From a virus (taxonomy: Duplodnaviria; Caudoviricetes): DNA of 64,000 bases. Both the position numbers and the translations under genes were made by a program. Below the pieces are notes generated by a model that saw only the letters and a program-made list of their open reading frames with translations, was not told where the DNA came from and did no database searches. The stretch is from the IMG/VR virus record IMGVR_UViG_3300012936_000009, positions 127 through 64,126 of that record. The stretch is one strand, 5' to 3'. Of this stretch, positions 1-8,027 are shown piece after piece. Each line of letters starts with the position of its first letter. Position 1 is the stretch's first letter.

Positions 1-474
1 AACTTTAAAATCGTTTGTCCAAGAACTAACTTGACCATACTTCCCTTTTGACTTGTAAGTAAAAGATGCGGGTACGGGTTCATTCCAATCGTATGCTGAC
101 CTATTACCGGTAACATCATCCGGCAGTTGCTCTAGTGCTTGGGGTGCGTTCCGCTTCAACCATTTATATGATACCCTCATGCCTCTCATGACCTGTGTAC
201 CTTCAACTCGCGCAAAAGTAGTCGGATAATCTCCAGATGCTATGATCTGCTTAATTGCAGCAACTGATTCTGCGTCAAGTGGGGAATCTCCTTTTTTGAT
301 CATGTAGCTTGAAGCTGAGAAATGTCTGTGCAGTTGCTGATACAGTTTTTTCTCTATCTCAGTGTCAGGCTCGTCAATTAGCTCTAAACCCTTTGCTGCC
401 GTTGGCCAAGCGTACTTGCCGAGAATACCCTCTTCCTTCAGCAGCTCCCTTATGTACTCGCGCAGTAGTTTCAT
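1..474 (-). CDS. Leader-bearing putative ADP-ribosyltransferase (R-S-E clade), runs off the window edge
   Basis: Not in the ORF track; translated by hand from ATG at 474 (TAATG overlap with the upstream stop): MKLLREYIRELLKEEGILGKYAWP...DEPDTEIEKKL...QVMRGMR...FTYKSKGKYGQVSSWTNDFKV. Paralogous to the C-terminal domain of 4010..5245 (LGK, DEPDTE, V-x-RG, VSSW). Confidence 0.7.
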   Translation of the reverse strand, partial: MKLLREYIRELLKEEGILGKYAWPTAAKGLELIDEPDTEIEKKLYQQLHRHFSASSYMIKKGDSPLDAESVAAIKQIIASGDYPTTFARVEGTQVMRGMRVSYKWLKRNAPQALEQLPDDVTGNRSAYDWNEPVPASFTYKSKGKYGQVSSWTNDFKV

Positions 475-980
475 TAGTTTGTCCTCACGAATATTAGCTG
501 GCCTGAGCTAGCACCGAACTGTTGCCCTAAAGAACTCCACACACGTCCCGCATCGGCTGAGGTAGAACCTGCAGAATCGCATGCGTCTGATCCAATAAAC
601 ACACCACCGCTAGACCTTGCGTATTGAATTGCTTGATCAATGGCTGCCTGATATATCAATCTACCGAAACCTTTCCCTCTGTCAGCTTCGTTGGGGATCC
701 AGACGTTATTTGTTACGTACATCTTTGGCGACCAACTCCACTTGCTTGTCGCCTCGTGCTGTTCTTTGGCTGCAAGGTACTCCGGAGATTGTTCAAGTTC
801 CATAACATTTTCTTGACAGTTCGAGTACCTTCGAGTTGAGTTGACCTCTGCATACCCTACCATTCTACCGTCTACACTGAGATTGACCCTAAAGTAATCA
901 TCGTTTGAACCCCTGTGCAGAGAAACAGAACTGGATTCCTCGGTCAGTAACTCTCTTATGTATTCGCGTAGTAGATTCAT
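474..980 (-). CDS. Leader-bearing GNAT-fold acetyltransferase
   Basis: N-terminal MNLLREYIRELLTEE; acetyl-CoA loop RGKGFGRLIY and C-terminal TSADAGRVW typical of GNAT folds. Confidence 0.7.
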   Translation of the reverse strand: MNLLREYIRELLTEESSSVSLHRGSNDDYFRVNLSVDGRMVGYAEVNSTRRYSNCQENVMELEQSPEYLAAKEQHEATSKWSWSPKMYVTNNVWIPNEADRGKGFGRLIYQAAIDQAIQYARSSGGVFIGSDACDSAGSTSADAGRVWSSLGQQFGASSGQLIFVRTN

Positions 981-1546
981 TTTATATCAATCATCCCCAT
1001 CTCTTTGAGCTTGTCGATAACTGGTGTTCCGGCTTTTCTGTACATCCTACTCAAGGAAGAATCTTCATACCTGAGCGCGTCGTCGTCATCCATCACTGAT
1101 TCACTCTCACAGTTGTCCTGCTCATCCGGGGTTAGCTTGTTGAACATGTCGTCCAATTGAGTCTTAAAAACATCTGGTCTCCTATTGTCATAGTACTGCC
1201 AGACGGCGCGAGCTTCCCTACTGACTGACAACCTGTCTGGAATTAGCCCACCAGAATATTCGATCGCGATATCATAAAGTAGTGGACCGTATCCACCCTG
1301 CGCCTCTGTTTGAGTTATTATCATTCCTCCTAGGCATGGACCGTGCATTGTAGCATTCGGCTGTCTCCAAGACACACTTCCATAGTGCATTTCATTGTTC
1401 CGGATATACACAACTCCGCCGTTACCGTGATCTTTCAGAGTGATCCACATGCCCTCGTTCTTGGCGATCTTTATGTACTTCTCAATACTTTGGTGGATAG
1501 CAGATTCAGTCAGCATCTCTCTTATATACTCGCGTAACAACCTCAT
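977..1546 (-). CDS. Leader-bearing GNAT-like acetyltransferase
   Basis: MRLLREYIREMLTES leader; AQGGYGPLLYDIAIE...VSREARAVW parallels the motifs of 474..980. Confidence 0.6.
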   Translation of the reverse strand: MRLLREYIREMLTESAIHQSIEKYIKIAKNEGMWITLKDHGNGGVVYIRNNEMHYGSVSWRQPNATMHGPCLGGMIITQTEAQGGYGPLLYDIAIEYSGGLIPDRLSVSREARAVWQYYDNRRPDVFKTQLDDMFNKLTPDEQDNCESESVMDDDDALRYEDSSLSRMYRKAGTPVIDKLKEMGMIDIK

Positions 1547-1553
1547 GTAAACC

Positions 1554-1706
1554 TCAGTACGGACAGTGGCGGCAACCGGAATTACAGCACCAGCCCCTCT
1601 CCCACAAATATTGCTCAGTCATGACTTGGTGCCCAGTATCCGGATCAATATAATAATGTTTCCCGTCTAGTACAGCTTGATCGTGCAATTCTTTAAAATT
1701 TCTCAT
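1554..1706 (-). CDS. Small Cys-rich protein, DUF5522-like (50 aa)
   Basis: Hand translation MRNFKELHDQAVLDGKHYYIDPDTGHQVMTEQYLWERGWCCNSGCRHCPY; the YxDPxTG...RGxCCxxGCRHCPY signature is present and it fills the gap with a TGATG overlap. Confidence 0.75.
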   Translation of the reverse strand: MRNFKELHDQAVLDGKHYYIDPDTGHQVMTEQYLWERGWCCNSGCRHCPY

Positions 1707-2335
1707 CAGCTAGGATTTCCTAAAATAATCTTTGTCGAAGATTTGCCACCGAATTTCTTAGTGTACCAACCCCTCACACTTTTGAAAAGCGGAGGAGCGT
1801 TTGGATCAGGATGCTCTCCATGAAAAATATAGTCGTCACCCGAAAGAAGCTGAGCAACTTTTGATTCATCTTCTACAGCAATAGCCCCTCTTTTCAGCAT
1901 AGCGTAAGCCGGCTTTCCAGAAACTTCTCCCCACCAATTTCCAATTCCCGCTATAGAACCTCCAGCGCGTAGTTGAGCTGATTTGCTTTTGTACTCGGCA
2001 GAAGCGGCAGGAGAACCGTCATTTGCTGCGGCTCCCATCTTTACACCGGCGATGTCTGGTTTACCCATTATCGCGACATCTATATCTGGATCATCATCAA
2101 TGTCTTTAACGACCCAATAGGTGTATCTTTCTAAACTGTCTGGAGAAGATATTTTGAAGTGACCGCCAATAGGTTCATAAGTCTGCTGAACAAGATCAAA
2201 TAGATTTTGCTTTACTAATTCTCTTCTGGGATCTCCCGCGGCAAGCAGAGTCCATTGATTTTCTGGAACTACTCCGCCAGCTTCAATTAGCGATTCTCTA
2301 ATAATTCTTCTAAGCTGTCTTTTCGTGATTTTCAC
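1706..2335 (-). CDS. Leader-bearing hypothetical protein
   Basis: Start reassigned to GTG at 2335 (VKITKRQLRRIIRESLIEA), preceded by AAGGA; this removes the overlap with 2347..2955. Confidence 0.7.
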   Translation of the reverse strand: MKITKRQLRRIIRESLIEAGGVVPENQWTLLAAGDPRRELVKQNLFDLVQQTYEPIGGHFKISSPDSLERYTYWVVKDIDDDPDIDVAIMGKPDIAGVKMGAAANDGSPAASAEYKSKSAQLRAGGSIAGIGNWWGEVSGKPAYAMLKRGAIAVEDESKVAQLLSGDDYIFHGEHPDPNAPPLFKSVRGWYTKKFGGKSSTKIILGNPS

Positions 2336-2346
2336 TCGTTTTTCCT

Positions 2347-2955
2347 TTAACGCAAGTTTATCGCTGTCATCTGCCATGTATCACTTGGTCGACCGTACAT
2401 ATCAGATTTCTCTGCGAATTCTGCTTTATTGTTACGACCGCTTGGGAACAAATAAACATTACCTCCGCCTGTCTCAACTATCCATGACTGACCTGAAAAT
2501 GGAGAATCTGTGCCGGTGTAAGGATTAACAGATTTAATCTCTTCAGGCTGAACTCCTGCCGTAATGTCTAGTATGTCATGCATTCTTCTCGTGTTAAGTT
2601 TCGGTTGTGCCTTTGGTTTCCCACCGCCGATATACATTGTCTTATGGCTTTTCCAAGAACCACCGCCTGATCGTTTAAACCCATATTGTTTGAGAGTAAC
2701 CTTAGAACCTGCTGGAAGTGAGCGAATCATATTTTCAAACGCAGGACCTTTTTTAGCATAATCAGCAGCTGCGTCCTGAGTAATATCAAGGCCCATCATT
2801 GGCTTAATACCGGCGTAAGCGACTTTTCCGTCAACATCAACTCGGTTGCCTGGAGTCTTGGCCCAATTGATTATTTCATCAACTTGGTTACCAGGCTGCT
2901 CAAGTAAAATGCTCTCTCTGATTATTTTTCTAAGTTGTCGCTTAGTGATTTTCAT
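2347..2955 (-). CDS. Leader-bearing hypothetical protein
   Basis: MKITKRQLRKIIRESILLEQ leader; abuts its neighbours. Confidence 0.75.
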   Translation of the reverse strand: MKITKRQLRKIIRESILLEQPGNQVDEIINWAKTPGNRVDVDGKVAYAGIKPMMGLDITQDAAADYAKKGPAFENMIRSLPAGSKVTLKQYGFKRSGGGSWKSHKTMYIGGGKPKAQPKLNTRRMHDILDITAGVQPEEIKSVNPYTGTDSPFSGQSWIVETGGGNVYLFPSGRNNKAEFAEKSDMYGRPSDTWQMTAINLR

Positions 2956-3603
2956 TTATCTACTCCCGTAGTATTTTCCAGCAAACGCGCCTTTAAGTTT
3001 TCTCGGATCGAGCTTCTTACCTCGACCGCTATCACTTGGTGCTTGCATTTTGGGCAAACCAGCATCCATCTGTGCCTCGTTGTATCCCATCATGTAATCT
3101 TCATCAGGAAACTGTGGACGTATTCCAGCTAATGAATCCTCTCTGCCCTGGTCATACATGGATACTTCTTCCATGGCTTCTCGGATAATTCTTCTTAGTT
3201 GCCGTTTGGTGATTTTCATTTTGCTTTCCTTAATTCCGGCCGGCAGCCCCAAGGAATAATAACTTAAGTCTAAAAGACCACCATTAGCCATGCGGACATC
3301 CGGAACATCATCAAAAGTCTTACCTTCTTCAGCCGCCTTTATTTTTGCGGCGTCTACTGTATCGGCTAATCGATTGACTTCGCCGTATTCGCCCCATATA
3401 TCTTCCTCTTCATATAGACCAGTGTTAAGCCTGTTTTGAATGAAACTTGCTGTTTCGTATGCGTCGTTTCTTAGTTGGTTGAAGGTCATTTGTGCGGCCA
3501 TTTGATCTCGTTCTTTCCGACGCCGATCATACTTTCCTTCTGATACTAGGGTGGCTTTCTCTTCTCGAATGATTCTTCTTAGTTGTGTTTTTGTGATTTT
3601 CAT
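2956..3603 (-). CDS. Two-module leader-bearing protein (second leader at 3219)
   Basis: MKITKTQLRRIIREE at the N-terminus and an internal MKITKRQLRRIIREAMEE. Confidence 0.75.
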   Translation of the reverse strand: MKITKTQLRRIIREEKATLVSEGKYDRRRKERDQMAAQMTFNQLRNDAYETASFIQNRLNTGLYEEEDIWGEYGEVNRLADTVDAAKIKAAEEGKTFDDVPDVRMANGGLLDLSYYSLGLPAGIKESKMKITKRQLRRIIREAMEEVSMYDQGREDSLAGIRPQFPDEDYMMGYNEAQMDAGLPKMQAPSDSGRGKKLDPRKLKGAFAGKYYGSR

Positions 3604-4013
3604 CTTCTTGGTAACCTCGTGTTTTGTGGTGGTTCTCCCGGGCCGAGATAAACCACGTCTAGCTCGGGCATTTCGCCGGGTTCATCAGCCAGCGCTAACC
3701 TGTAGTCAAAGTACTTGCGAGTCGCTTTGCCCCGGTCTACATAATCAACCTCGCCGGTCATCGGGCTGACCCCTATTACAACTACAGGCTTTCCGTTTAA
3801 AGATAAATTATCACCTGGCTGTAATTGTCTAAATTGTTCAGGCGTAGTAAGAGATTCAGAAGTCTTTAATTTAGTAGCCAACGCTCTTTTTGCAGCTAAC
3901 TCTTTTTCCTTCCTAACTTGGAACGATGACTTACGCCCGCCAGTCAATTCAGGAACTTCTGTGGACAGGGCTTCTCTAATAACTCTTCTTAGTTGTCGCT
4001 TTGTGACTTTCAC
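3600..4013 (-). CDS. Leader-bearing hypothetical protein with a small beta-rich C-terminal domain
   Basis: GTG start, VKVTKRQLRRVIREALSTE; 4-bp overlaps on both sides. Confidence 0.7.
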   Translation of the reverse strand: MKVTKRQLRRVIREALSTEVPELTGGRKSSFQVRKEKELAAKRALATKLKTSESLTTPEQFRQLQPGDNLSLNGKPVVVIGVSPMTGEVDYVDRGKATRKYFDYRLALADEPGEMPELDVVYLGPGEPPQNTRLPRR

Positions 4014-5245
4014 TTTGGTCTCCTTAAATCTATTTCAGTTTGGACTTCAGCCCACTGTTCCTCCGTGACTTCTTTGTAAACCTTAACCGCCGTTACGGTC
4101 ACAGAACCAAATGCTGCTACTTCTTTTTCGTGGCTGTGCTTACTTAGCTTTCCATATTTATATAGTTCGCTGAAATCTAAGAAATCATTTTGACTAGCGT
4201 CAGCGTACAGGATCACACCAGCGTTACCACCCCAGAGGTCGGCATTCTTTTTCGCAAATCTAGTACACACCCTATCGCTGTCTGTTGACCATGAAGACAC
4301 TTTGTTGCCGGACTTAGGGGAATATTCAAATGGGGGAATGGAGACCTTCTGGGTCATTGCCTCGAACTTCTGAAATGCATGTGTACGGCCTGTTGCACTC
4401 TCAAGTGGCAAGTCATCAAAGCCAGGTATGAGACTCCTGGCTTCTTCTAGGCTCATTCTGGTTCCTCTGCAAACTTCACCTGCTGAATGCCTGATAAATA
4501 CATCGTTATAGTCAGGGTCGTCCATGAATCGCAGTATATAAGGACCAAGTTCTCCCAGTTCTTTTGAGGATACATCACCGACAAATAAGTGGTGTGTGAT
4601 CGCACGTTTCAGGCTGGTCTCTAACTCAGTATCCGGTTCATCTCCAGCGTGGCGAGAACCTTCAGGGGCAGATTGAGAGAACACTTGTTTGCCGAGCTCA
4701 CCCTTCTCTTTCAGCAACTCCCTTACGTACTCTTCCATAAGGCCCATACTTTTATACCAACTGTGAAGCTCTTCGTTCGCATCTTCGCCTGTCCATGTTT
4801 TGTCAATTCCATTCATATAACCACGAGACTTAGAAGTCCCGTCTTGGTGAGTATTTTTCTTGTTAGCTTTGATACTGAACTCGAGCATCGACTTCACATA
4901 GTGACGAACTAGAGATTCATTCTTTTTAGCAGTTTTCTTCTTTAACTTTTCCAGGTGATCAGACCATATCTTATATGCCGCGTTTAAATTTTTCTTTTTC
5001 TCTGGATCTTTAGTTCTTTCTTTGGCGACTTTAGCGCGCTGCTTCATGACTAGGGTTGCCTGAACTTTGTGGGCGTGAGTTCTCTTTGCCTTATTGACCG
5101 TAGCTACTCCCTTTCTAGCGGTAGCAGCATCTTTAAAACCAAGACCCCTTATGGTTCCCTCTTCTCTCTCATTGGTGTAGAGATCGGAATGATTAGGGCT
5201 ACCTGTGTGCTGGCCCTTTTTTCTTGGTTTTCTTTTTTCGGCCAC
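4010..5245 (-). CDS. Multi-module protein with C-terminal R-S-E ADP-ribosyltransferase domain
   Basis: Basic N-terminal module (SDLYTNE...GLGFKD...HAHKVQA), internal leader-like linkers (NESLVRHYVKSMLE, MEEYVRELLKE), then ART motifs EVCRG / VSSWST / HEKEV. Confidence 0.7.
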   Translation of the reverse strand: MAEKRKPRKKGQHTGSPNHSDLYTNEREEGTIRGLGFKDAATARKGVATVNKAKRTHAHKVQATLVMKQRAKVAKERTKDPEKKKNLNAAYKIWSDHLEKLKKKTAKKNESLVRHYVKSMLEFSIKANKKNTHQDGTSKSRGYMNGIDKTWTGEDANEELHSWYKSMGLMEEYVRELLKEKGELGKQVFSQSAPEGSRHAGDEPDTELETSLKRAITHHLFVGDVSSKELGELGPYILRFMDDPDYNDVFIRHSAGEVCRGTRMSLEEARSLIPGFDDLPLESATGRTHAFQKFEAMTQKVSIPPFEYSPKSGNKVSSWSTDSDRVCTRFAKKNADLWGGNAGVILYADASQNDFLDFSELYKYGKLSKHSHEKEVAAFGSVTVTAVKVYKEVTEEQWAEVQTEIDLRRPK

Positions 5246-5252
5246 TTTCTTC

Positions 5253-5903
5253 TCACATCATCGCTGCAGCCATAGCATTATTAGCTTTCTTCTTAGAAGC
5301 ATAACAAGCTCTAGCTTTCATTTTAATCTTGCCTGACTTTGTTCTCTTAACACTGCCGGCTTTTTTTCCTTTATACAATTTAGGATTATTCTCTTTGTCT
5401 TTCTTCGTGACTTTGTCGTCAACGTAGGCACAATACTGGTTCCCGCGTTTTCTGACATCTTCCTCAATAACTTCGCGAATAATTTTTCTGAGCTCTGCTT
5501 CGGTTATCTTACCTTCGTTTGCTGGAAAAAGAGTTCTCATCATGGTTCCAAAAAAACCTGGAAACACCACTTTGCTTAGCGCAAAAAGAGCATCGCCATT
5601 GTTGACCATTAAAACTTCTTCCCAGTTAGAAGGAACATCTTTCTCATAACCGTCTTTTATTAACTTTTCAATCTTTTTCCTGAGTTTATCTGTAAGTTTA
5701 GCTCGTTCCGCTGTCGTTCCCTTAAAAGAGCCTTTTACAATATCAGCTCTAGTAATCGGATCACTTCTCCTTCGCCTTTCCCGAGGAGAAGCAGATGGCT
5801 CATCTCGAGAATCCATGCTGTCCCGAACTGATTTTTGTATCATATTACGCATGGCCATGTTTTCTCGGATAATTCTTCTAAGTCTTTTCTTGGTAATTTT
5901 CAT
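5253..5903 (-). CDS. Two-module leader-bearing basic protein
   Basis: MKITKKRLRRIIRE at the N-terminus; internal KITEAELRKIIREVIEE. Confidence 0.7.
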   Translation of the reverse strand: MKITKKRLRRIIRENMAMRNMIQKSVRDSMDSRDEPSASPRERRRRSDPITRADIVKGSFKGTTAERAKLTDKLRKKIEKLIKDGYEKDVPSNWEEVLMVNNGDALFALSKVVFPGFFGTMMRTLFPANEGKITEAELRKIIREVIEEDVRKRGNQYCAYVDDKVTKKDKENNPKLYKGKKAGSVKRTKSGKIKMKARACYASKKKANNAMAAAMM

Positions 5904-6865
5904 TTTTTCTTCTTTGCTTTAGACTTCTTAACGACGGCCCATGGTTTAGATGGTGTTGCTGCGTTGACTCGGGCATGAGCCCATTGGTGCTGGCTCATGC
6001 CTTTCCTAGAACCTGACGTAGCCCAAGCAGCTAGTCCCTTCCGATACTCTGCGTAAACCGAACCCGGAGTCAAACCACGTTTTTCAGCTTTCTTTTTTAA
6101 GGTAGCCTTTGTCGTGTCTGACAGTTTTCCGGAGGAAGACTTTTTCTTCGCTTTCTTTCTTTTCTTTTTCTCTTCAATTATTTCTTCGTGAAGCATTTCA
6201 CGAATATAATCCCTGAGGACTGACTCTTTTTTAGTATCTTTACGAGGGGTGTTTTTGAAATTTGGATCATCGGCAGCTTGTTTTTCCATTCTTGCTCTCC
6301 TGTCATACGCTCTCTGAATGCGCTTAGGATCTCCGCTGGCTAAATCAGCTTTCGTAGCATCTAATTTTTTAGCCCTCTTGCTTCCTCGAGAAGCGCTATA
6401 ATGAGGGTCGTGAGTCTTAGTAGACTCTCCAACAATCTCTTTTGCCTTTTCTTTAGACATTTTGACTGGATGCTCTTTGTCTCCAATTTTAACTTTATCT
6501 TTTCCATCTAAAGCAGCTTGAGCTACCTTGTAAGTAAAAGCATCTTCATCGACTTCGGCTTCAGACTTCAGAGCCTTTTCATCTTTTTGTTCGTAAATTT
6601 TAACTACCAGCTTCGTTTTTCCACGAAGCAAGCGGTGGTATTGTTCGGCCGGGATATGAAAACGATCACCCTCTCGTAAAAGAACGGGCAATCTATTATC
6701 TCTTTGGAACTTCCAACCAGAGCCGGAAATCACTTCAACGATTCTGTCGTTTTTATCTCTATGCCAAATAAGTTCATCTTGATGAGTGTCGCTACTGAAC
6801 TCTCTAAGCAGAACGTTTTTCATAATTGTTTTTTGTTTAAAAGGATAATTCATATTTACCACCAA
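5900..6865 (-). CDS. Multi-module protein: N-terminal cupin-like domain, basic modules, C-terminal DUF5824-like domain
   Basis: WHRD...FHIPAEQYHR cupin pattern; internal ESVLRDYIREMLHEE linker; C-terminal LKKKAEKRG...RKGLAAW...QWAHARVN. The true start may be ATG 6853. Confidence 0.6.
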   Translation of the reverse strand: MVVNMNYPFKQKTIMKNVLLREFSSDTHQDELIWHRDKNDRIVEVISGSGWKFQRDNRLPVLLREGDRFHIPAEQYHRLLRGKTKLVVKIYEQKDEKALKSEAEVDEDAFTYKVAQAALDGKDKVKIGDKEHPVKMSKEKAKEIVGESTKTHDPHYSASRGSKRAKKLDATKADLASGDPKRIQRAYDRRARMEKQAADDPNFKNTPRKDTKKESVLRDYIREMLHEEIIEEKKKRKKAKKKSSSGKLSDTTKATLKKKAEKRGLTPGSVYAEYRKGLAAWATSGSRKGMSQHQWAHARVNAATPSKPWAVVKKSKAKKKK

Positions 6866-7419
6866 CCCGGAATATTTCTTCCGAACATCTTAGTTAAACG
6901 ACACGACCAGTACCCTGGCGCTGTCTTGTCTGTTTTATCAGCGCAGTTGTGTCTATCGCCGAAATTCTTTCTTCTTTTTTTAGCTTCATCGCTATCACCC
7001 ATCGCGGTCGACATATCTGAACCAAATGTTACTGGTTTGACTTTTCCAGTTTTTGGATCTCTTACATAGACTTTCGCTTTCCCTCCACCGGCACGCTGAG
7101 CTCCTTTAGCTCCTAAGGTCACTTCACGACCCTTATATTTTGCTTCAATGAGGACAGGAAAATCTAGAGGGACTAGTTGTCCTTCGTAGTATCCAAACTT
7201 TCCTAAATCGTGTTCGACTACAAAATTGTAATCTTGTTCGTTTAAATCTATCAAACCTTGTTCGTAGTAGAAGCGGGCTTCATTAAAAATAGAGAAGAAC
7301 TTTTTAGAGCCTGGGCGGAAAACATTTTCTGATATTGGTATTTTATTCCTGTAGTGAAATATAAAATCTTCTGAGCAAGATTCTAGAACTAACCTTTTTT
7401 TAGATTCATTTATCTTCAT
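6856..7419 (-). CDS. Two-module phage hypothetical protein
   Basis: AGGAGAG SD; C-terminal KVYVRDPKTGKVKPVTFG...RRKNF..RHNC...GYWSC module of a kind seen in T4-like phages, joined through LIEA. Confidence 0.65.
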   Translation of the reverse strand: MKINESKKRLVLESCSEDFIFHYRNKIPISENVFRPGSKKFFSIFNEARFYYEQGLIDLNEQDYNFVVEHDLGKFGYYEGQLVPLDFPVLIEAKYKGREVTLGAKGAQRAGGGKAKVYVRDPKTGKVKPVTFGSDMSTAMGDSDEAKKRRKNFGDRHNCADKTDKTAPGYWSCRLTKMFGRNIPGWW

Positions 7420-7436
7420 TAAGAAACTCTCCTAAA

Positions 7437-7676
7437 CTATCTTAATACAGGATCTTGCTTTGTAGACTTGAGTTTGGGAAGAAAATCTTTCTTTAGTTTA
7501 AGAAGCTTTTCAAACTTGACTTTTTGTCTAGCATCTGTGTACAAGACCTGCGGTTTTCTATACTCTCCATTAATTAAAAGATCATCAAAATTATAAAATT
7601 TTGTCTTAGTTGGTTTAGGACCCGATCCCATTAATAATAGAGAAAAAATCAATAGTAAGAAAATCTCTTTTTGCAA
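7437..7676 (-). CDS. Small protein with N-terminal hydrophobic/signal segment
   Basis: IFLLLIFSLLLMG segment; fits the gene packing. Confidence 0.5.
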   Translation of the reverse strand: MQKEIFLLLIFSLLLMGSGPKPTKTKFYNFDDLLINGEYRKPQVLYTDARQKVKFEKLLKLKKDFLPKLKSTKQDPVLR

Positions 7677-7688
7677 ACTCGTACCATC

Positions 7689-8027
7689 CTACATCAATAC
7701 TTGAATAAGTATTATGCAGAGTGACAAAATTATACACAGAATAGTCTTTAAGGTAAACATGGTCTCTCCGAGAAGTAACCAAGTCATAATCGGGAAAGCT
7801 AAATAAGATATGCCGTATCCGATAAGCCTCACTGACCAAGCGGAAGCAAAGTGAGCATATAGAAATTTAGCTCCATAGTATCCACAAATTGATATCGGAA
7901 TAGAAAGAATAATGCAGATAAGAAAAGTGTCGTAATTCTTGAAATATTCAGAAAACTGGCCATTGGCACTGACCCAAGCCATCACTTGCAGTATTAAGAT
8001 TAGTAAAGCACCGTATAGTAAATTCAT
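7689..8027 (-). CDS. Small 4-TM membrane protein (DMT/SMR-like size)
   Basis: Four hydrophobic helices in 112 aa. Confidence 0.6.
   Translation of the reverse strand: MNLLYGALLILILQVMAWVSANGQFSEYFKNYDTFLICIILSIPISICGYYGAKFLYAHFASAWSVRLIGYGISYLAFPIMTWLLLGETMFTLKTILCIILSLCIILIQVLM

Larger units (their letters stand above)
449..5903 (-). repeat. Dispersed ~25-45 bp imperfect repeats encoding the leader peptides
   Basis: Type A (plus strand cttatrtaytcgcgy...cat) at ~449-474, ~955-980, ~1521-1546; type B (attcttctwagytgy...gtgaytttca) ending at 2335, 2955, 3219, 3603, 4013, 5903. Confidence 0.8.

Noticed and set aside
449-5903. Repeats read as a CRISPR array, integron attC sites or a DGR
   Set aside because: The repeats are imperfect, in-frame coding, separated by whole genes and non-palindromic; no cas, integrase or reverse transcriptase gene is visible.
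7615-7839. Alternative minus-strand ORF (74 aa)
   Set aside because: It overlaps two better-supported genes (7437..7676 and 7689..8027) in another frame.
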